Source: Octopus sinensis
Lineage: Eukaryota
Reading direction: 5' to 3'
DNA: 45,886 nucleotides
Assembly: GCF_006345805.1 (NCBI RefSeq)
Contig: NW_021834828.1
Location: forward strand, 1 to 45,886
Within the stretch, counting starts at the first letter, position 1, and each line of letters opens with the position of its first letter. The translations under genes were made by a program, and so were the position numbers. Positions 39,101-45,886 of this stretch are shown here, in pieces. The notes beneath the pieces are model-generated. The model had not been told where the DNA came from, ran no database searches, and saw only the letters and a list, made by a program, of their open reading frames with translations.

Positions 39101-39155
39101 GTGTAATATATATGTGTGTGTGTGTGAGTATATATATATATATATATATATACTG

Positions 39156-39187
<32 letters not shown>

Positions 39188-39189
39188 GC

Positions 39190-39228
<39 letters not shown>

Positions 39229-39300
39229 AGAGTATCTCTCTCTCTCTCTCTCTCTCTCTATTATATATATATATGTATTATGTATGTATGTATGAAGAGG
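38860..39300. repeat. (TA)n/(TG)n/(TC)n block
   Basis: Visible directly. Confidence 0.93.
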
Positions 39301-39628
39301 GGAAGAGAGGGAGAGAGACAAAGAGAGGAAGTGAAACCAATAAACTGGAGTCAATGACACAGTGCGCCACCTAGCTGTGAATGTATAATAATGAAGAGAT
39401 GCAGCATATTTTCAGAGAAATTGGATATTTTATTGATTTCTGGCAGACATACTTAAACAAAATAATACACGTACAGGCAGGGACATATGTATGGAAATTT
39501 ACGTGTTTAATTATGTGCACACACACACACATACACACAACACACACAACACACACACACACACACACACACACAACATACTTATATATATAAACACATA
39601 CATATGTATATTTATATATATGTATATA

Positions 39629-39800
39629 GGCAAAGGCATGGCTGTGTGGTAAGTAGCTTGTTTACCAACCACATCGTTCCGGGTTCAGTCCGACTGCGTG
39701 TCACCTTGGGCAAGTGTCTTCTACTATAGCCTCGCGCCGACCAAAGCCTTGTGAGTGGATTTGGTAGACGGAAACTGAAAAGAAGTCCGTCGTATATATG

Positions 39801-39857
<57 letters not shown>

Positions 39858-40082
39858 CTATGCGTGTGTGTGTTTATGTGTCTGTGTTTGTCCCCCTAGC
39901 ATTGCTTGACAACCGATGCCGGTGTGTTTACCTCCCCGTCACTTAGCGGTTTGGCAAAAGAGACCGATAGAATAAGTACTGGGCTTACAAAAGTATAAGT
40001 CCCGGGGTCGAGTTGCTCGATTAAAGGCGGTGCTCTAACATGGCCGCAGTCAAATGACTGAAACAAGTAAAAGAGTAAAAGA
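39629..40082 (+). mobile_element. SINE type A, full length
   Basis: Type A head, internal (TA)n and tail. Confidence 0.92.
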
Positions 40083-40567
40083 ATATATATGTGTATATGA
40101 ATTTCCATATACACTCGCGTATATATAAATGGTTATACATGCGTACATACATTCGTGGGTACGTACTTACAGCCATACATGCATACACACACATACTTAT
40201 GTATGAACTAACATACAAATCTGCAGTTTTCCAAATAAACTGTGACATCCTCAAGTTTTTTCTTAAAATAAACGAGGAATGAAAACGCTTAAGATTTGTG
40301 CAGACAGCATTTGAATGACGATTGTCCTAAGACAGACAGCATTTGCCAAACAATGACAAAATCGAATAACCGCACCAAAGGCTCAAGGTGGAAGTTAGCA
40401 ACATCCTGCAGTCGACAGTGAACTCGTCAATGTGTGCGAATTCCCCTGATGACCTCATAAGTGCATACCTCAGCATACTTCACCATTAATTCGAAGCACA
40501 TACATTTAAAGTGCTACCAATGTGTGGTGCTTCGGTGTGTTTCCTGTAAGCCAGAAAAAAGCATAAT

Positions 40568-40787
40568 AGGAACGGGTGCTGAAAAGTTCCTGGTTTTGCG
40601 TAAAACGGAATACGGGAGCATTAGGAAATTATGAATTTATCCAGCATATTCCCCTGTCAGTTTTGCGTATCTATTGCAGCAGTCCTTCGGCTTTTTCTCA
40701 GAACTGTAAAAGAACTCGAAAGACTGGACTCCAGGCAGGCCTTTGACGACATCCTTAAAGCTAGAATCTTTTCAGCCCCCCAAGGAG
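40568..40787. mobile_element. Mariner-derived MITE
   Basis: Left gggtgctgaaaagttcctggttt and right aaagctagaatcttttcagccccc are inverted; the interior is homologous to 11665-11886. Confidence 0.8.
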
Positions 40788-40852
40788 ATATATATATAAG
40801 TAGTTTTAGAGACACAAACCCCGTCAACTCAATTAACATTGAAAAATATACC

Positions 40853-41061
40853 TGGCGAGCTGGCAGAAACGTTAGCACGCTGGGCGAAATGCGTATCCGT
40901 ATTTCGTCTGTCGTTACGTTCTGAGTTCAAATTCCGCCGAGGTCAACTTTACCTTTCATCCTTTCGGGGTCGATAAATTAAGCACCAGTTACGCACTGGA
41001 GTCGATATCTGTCCTTGTTTGTCCCCTCTGTCTTTAGCCCCTTGTGGGTAGTAAAGAAATA
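40853..41061 (+). mobile_element. SINE type D monomer with tail a
   Basis: Head, body and ..cttgtgggtagtaaagaaata. Confidence 0.88.
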
Positions 41062-41746
41062 ATTATACCCGACCGAGCCATAAAATATTAAATATAATAC
41101 TTACTATATCTATTCAGAATCCCATACTTTCCATTGTAAAGACAACACGTGTTTCATGACAGTATGTCGGTATTGTAGTATTATATATATAAATACGGAT
41201 GATAAATCAAATTTATACACTTGTGATTGTTCACATACATTCACATACTTCCCTTGTACACGCACACACACACATACTAACACAGAGTTGAAACGCTGTT
41301 TGCTTTTTTTAGCATTGAATGGTCACCACCTCACAGGTTTGCTATCACCCCATTCTTCCTTATTCATCTATCACCCCTTCGTTTCTCATTCATACGTTGT
41401 GACAGAGAAAAACACAAGGGTATTATTATAGTAAAATATGCTTAGTTGTAAAGCCGCGTGGCCCAGTGGTCAGTGTGTTACAGTCACATTCGCAAGATCA
41501 GGACCGGCGATGCTTTGTTTTCTTGGAGCAAAACATCGCGTTTCAGTTTGCTCCAGCTGAGGCAGGTGTAAAAGTGTAACGCTGGGATTGGGTGTAGTTC
41601 GATCAACGGTGAATGTTGGCCTGACTGCCTAACCATTGGAATGGCATCATTCAAATCCTAAACGCTATAATCAATGCGAGGAAGCGGACTGTGGCCAATG
41701 GTATATAACAACGTATTTTGTTCGATACATTACTACAGTGATGCTA

Positions 41747-42130
41747 GTGGAGGCGCAATGGCCCAGTGGTTAGGGCAGCGGACTCGCGGTCATAGGATCG
41801 CGGTTTCGATTCCCAGACCGGGCGTTGTGTGTGTTTATTGAGCGAAAACATCTAAAGCTCCACGAGGCTCCGGCAGGGGAGTAGTGATCCCTGCTGTACT
41901 CTTTCACCACAACTTTCTCTCACTCTTACTTCCTGTTTCTGTTGTACCTGTATTTCAAAGGGCCGGCCTTGTCACTCTCTGCGTCACGCTGAATATCCCC
42001 GAGAACTACGTTAAGGGTACACGTGTCTGTGGAGTGCTCAGCCACTTACGCGTTAATTTCACGAGCAGGCTGTTCCGTTGATTCGGATCAACCGGAACCC
42101 TTGTCGTCGTAACCGACGGAGTGCTTCCAA
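41747..42130 (+). mobile_element. SINE type B, tail variant 2, full length
   Basis: Type B head; tail ..gagaactacgttaagggtacacgtgtctgtggagtgctcagcc..gacggagtgc. Confidence 0.9.
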
Positions 42131-42539
42131 TCCACTTTATGCCTGATTCAAGAAACGAGTCTCAGTTTCATTGATAGACCTGTCAAAATTAACCACAAAA
42201 TCGTCCCTCATATCACATCTTGCTACCATCTGTACGTATAAAATAAATTACCGCCCAGTGTTGTGACCTACTGACTAATATTTAACATTCTCATTTAGCA
42301 GCAAATGTGCATTAAAGCACAAGTATTCAATGTAAATTCAGAACGGATCAGGGAGTCAGAAAGATTAGTTCTGTGCTAAGATTGGTTTTCAATGATCCAT
42401 ATATTTGACCTAAATTTTTGAGCCTCGATTTTTTATTTATTTATTTCTTGATGGTATTTATTTCACTTCACGTCAGCCAGTAATTTTCATATGGAAACGC
42501 ATTGATATCATTCCATGAAGAGGGAAAACAGAAAATTAG

Positions 42540-42675
42540 ATAGATAGATAGATAGATAGATAGTAGTTAGATAAATAGATAGATAGAGATAGAGAGAGAT
42601 AGAGAGATGTATGGATAGATAGATAGATAGAGAGAGAGAGAGATGGATGGATGGATATATAAATATTACATATAT

Positions 42676-42759
<84 letters not shown>

Positions 42760-42948
42760 GTGATGGATGGATAGATGGATGAATGGATAGATAGATGGAT
42801 AGATAGATAGATTAGAATGATAGATATCTAAATGAACAAATAGATAGATAGATAGAAAGATAGATAGATAGATAGATGGATTAGAATGATAGATATCTAG
42901 ACGGACAAACATATAGATAGATAGAAAGATAGATAGAAAGATAGATAT

Positions 42949-43005
<57 letters not shown>

Positions 43006-43020
43006 CTGACACAGAGAGAG
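42540..43020. repeat. (GATA/GATG)n and (TA)n block
   Basis: Visible directly. Confidence 0.95.
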
Positions 43021-43477
43021 ACAGAGAGGGTGATGGACTGATCCTCAGCTTCCTAATACATCCAGTCACGATATTCGAAGCACTTAGCTGACAATAATAT
43101 TTTCGCCAGAACGGACCGGATGGATAAATATATTTTTAAGTAGTTTCACCTTTCACATATTCATCAAAACAGCCGCAGCAACTCATCCTATTCTTAATGC
43201 AGGATTAGCATTGTTGCCGATGCTGTATAACCTTAAGACCATCGCTTATTTAGGAAACCTATAATGGAAGATTTTCCAACCGTGACAATCCAATATTTCT
43301 TTCGACGTAGTGTATCTAATATCCGAGATTATTCCATTGTGCCACTCCTCGTTGGTGGTCGTTCTTATTTAATCGACCCTGGAATAAGAGAATAACGATA
43401 GAAGATAGTAAAGTCGTGAACGTAGTATAGTTTATGCTTACGTAGTATAATTAGATTAAATATAATTCAATTATGTA

Positions 43478-43892
43478 GCGGCGAGCTGGCAGAAACGTTA
43501 GCACGCCGGGCGAAATGCGTAGCCGTATTTCGTCTGTCGTTACGTTCCGAGTTCAAATTCCGCCGAGGTCGACTTTGCCTTTCATCCTTTCGGGGTCGAT
43601 AAATTAAGTACCAGTTACGCACTGAGATCGATGTAATCGACTTAATCCGTTTGTCTGTCCTTGTTTGTCCTCTCTGTGTTTAGCCCCTTGTGGGTAGTAA
43701 AGAAATAGGTATTTCGTCTGCTGTTACTTTCTGAGTTCAAATTCCACCGAGGTCGACTTTGCCTTTCATCCTTTCGGGGTAGATAAATTAAGATACCAAT
43801 TACGCACTGGCGTCGATGTAATCGATTTAATCCGTTCGTCTGTCCTTGTTTGTCCTCTCTGTGTTTAGCCCCTTGTGGGTAGTAAAGAAATA
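43478..43892 (+). mobile_element. SINE type D dimer (head plus two 184-bp units)
   Basis: Units start gtattt at 43525 and 43709. Confidence 0.92.
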
Positions 43893-43920
43893 TATATACT
43901 TCCATTATGTGTTTTCTGTG

Positions 43921-44219
43921 GTGGAAGCGTAATAGCCCAGTGATTAGGGCAGAGGACTCGCGATTTCGATTCCCAGAACGGGCGTTGTGAGTGTTTATTG
44001 AGCGAAAACACCTAAAGCTTCACGAGGCTCCGGCAGGGAGTGAGTGCGAACCCTGCTGTACTTTTTCATCCCAACTTACTCTCACTCTTTTTTACTGTTG
44101 CTCTTTTCCTGTATTTCAAAGCCTTGTCGCACTCTGTGTCACACTGGAACTCCCTGAGAACTAAATTAAGGATACACGTCTGCGGAGTACTCAGCCACAT
44201 GCACATTAGTTTTACGAGA
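43921..44219 (+). mobile_element. SINE type B, tail variant 2, diverged
   Basis: Homologous to 41747-42130; followed by a diverged type D fragment at ~44227-44365. Confidence 0.85.
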
Positions 44220-44524
44220 CGGAAAGCTGGCAGAATTGTTAAGCTCGACAGACGAAATGCGTAGTTGTATTTCGTCTATGTTATTGTTCTGAGGTCAAAA
44301 AACTTGTCTTTCCATTTCTTTTGCAGTCGATAAAATTATTACCAGTTAAGAACTGGGGTAGTTATAACTATTCTAGAATGTTAACCAGTTCCCGGCTCAT
44401 AAATTCTAAGAACTTAATCTTATATGAGATCTCAAGGGTCATATAAACCCAGGGTGTGAACTGCTGATCTTGATCAATAGAACGAAACACACAGACACGC
44501 ACACAAAAAAAGAAAATAGCGAAA

Positions 44525-44907
44525 TCCTTTCTACTCTAGACACAAATTCTGAAATGTTGTCGGGTAGGGGACTATACCATTACATCAACGCCAGTATTTA
44601 ATTTATAGACCTCGAAAGGATGAGAGGCAACGTCGACCTCGGCGGAATTTGAACTCAGAACGTAAGTACAGACGAAATACCTATTTCTTTACTACCCACA
44701 AGGGGTTAAACCCAGTGGAGACAAACAAGGACAGGCACACGGATTAAGTTGATTATATCTACCCCAGTGCGTAACTGCTACTTATTTAATCGATCCGAAA
44801 GGATGAAAGGCAAAATCGACCTCGGCGGAATTTGAACGCAGAACGTAGCGGCAAACGAAATAATGATAACCATTTTGCCCGGCGTGCTAACGATTCTGCC
44901 AGCTCGC
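44525..44907 (-). mobile_element. SINE type D: head, tail-a unit and terminal unit with tail b
   Basis: Reverse-complement type D sequence; junction at ~44675. Confidence 0.87.
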
Positions 44908-45089
44908 AACCTCGACAGTATCAAAATAATAACGAAACTACTTCCATCTCCAAAATCACAACCACCACGACCACCACTACGAATGTGAAGAACTGGAACC
45001 ACAACTATTTTAAAGCAGTTTTTTTTCTAACGTTCTTGCGATTCAAGAAGAGAAATATGTGTTTGAGTGAGCGCTCTCGTTCAACCTGC

Positions 45090-45790
45090 AAGAAATATCT
45101 GATAAATAAAAGATCAAATAAGCACTCGAAATCGACAGACTTGATACGTAAAACATTATTTGTAAATAATGCACACACTTCACACATCAAATCAAAAAAC
45201 ACTCTTTTATGTCCGTGCATATACTCAAAAATTCCTTTGGAACAGACACCAACTGCAGGTAGGAAATTGGCTGATGTAATCCTGCTGTGATACCTGCACA
45301 TCGACTGCATTAAATTTCTAGTACGAGTTCATACCCTTCACATGTCACTAATGTAGACTTACTTTATGATTATAAGATACACTACATATTCAATCAGTTC
45401 AAAACCAGCATTATACAGAGACGATGGTCAACCAGCTTTCCAATACGTGGACGGGAGACAAAGTTGAAAAAACTTCAAAGTATTCTCTTAAAGACTTCCA
45501 TTACAAAATACTAATTCGGATCATCGTGTGCATTTAAAATTTCTTTAATATGCTGCAGTTAACATCATCTAGATATTATCTCGTTAGAAATGTTAACCAA
45601 TCACTTCTGTATGTAAGCAAACAAACAGTGCAATCATTTGCTTTCGGTAATACAAAAGAAATACATGTCAAAATTTGCTGCAGAATGTCACAGATATAAT
45701 ACAATAAGGTGATGTTCTGCAAAGCAATAGCTGTAAAAATGAAACGTTCAGGAAATTGGAATACAAATGCAGAGTCACACCAAATCAACA
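45090..45790 (+). pseudogene. Probable decayed Penelope-like element RT/GIY-YIG remnant
   Basis: LYRDDG at 45411-45428 (PLE-type YxDD), upstream RKTLFVNN..IKSKNTL, and downstream LEYKCRV (YKC at 45762-70) resembling the region before the GIY-YIG domain. Recognised by eye. Confidence 0.45.
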
Positions 45791-45886
45791 TGTATGTGTG
45801 TGTGTGCTGCGTCTTGCTGTCAACAGTTTCTTTCAGAAAGTATTATTGACGAACATATATAAAAATATATATATATATATATATAT

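Noticed and set aside
45710-45791. Plus-strand exon GDVLQSNSCKNETFRKLEYKCRVTPNQH with a gtatgt donor
   Set aside because: The acceptor lacks a pyrimidine tract; it is better explained as part of the decayed Penelope-like remnant.

Overview
AT-rich, repeat-saturated eukaryotic DNA. The SINE families, the microsatellite load and the mariner, Tc1 and Helitron relics look like an Octopus (coleoid cephalopod) intronic or intergenic region; this is recognition from memory, not a database result. No intact protein-coding gene is supported. Almost all ORFs in the supplied track are artefacts of microsatellites or SINEs; the only recognisable protein remnants are decayed transposon proteins (Tc1 DDE, two mariners, a Helitron PIF1 helicase, probable Penelope-like RT pieces). 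At least five tRNA-derived SINE types recur, and one forms head-to-tail concatemers of a ~184-bp unit. The most notable unannotated signal is a set of hammerhead-ribozyme (HHR) motifs in short non-coding modules sitting in (TA)n tracts. Two have intact catalytic cores and the same unusual architecture (17279-17339; 22984-23033, which is mirrored inside a perfect 101-bp-arm palindrome). Three are minimal, probably dimer-dependent HHRs with altered cores (2833-2867, 24612-24645, 30698-30733). Together they suggest a Penelope/retrozyme-like, (TA)n-targeting, ribozyme-carrying retroelement system. Coordinates of repeat ends are approximate (a few bp).
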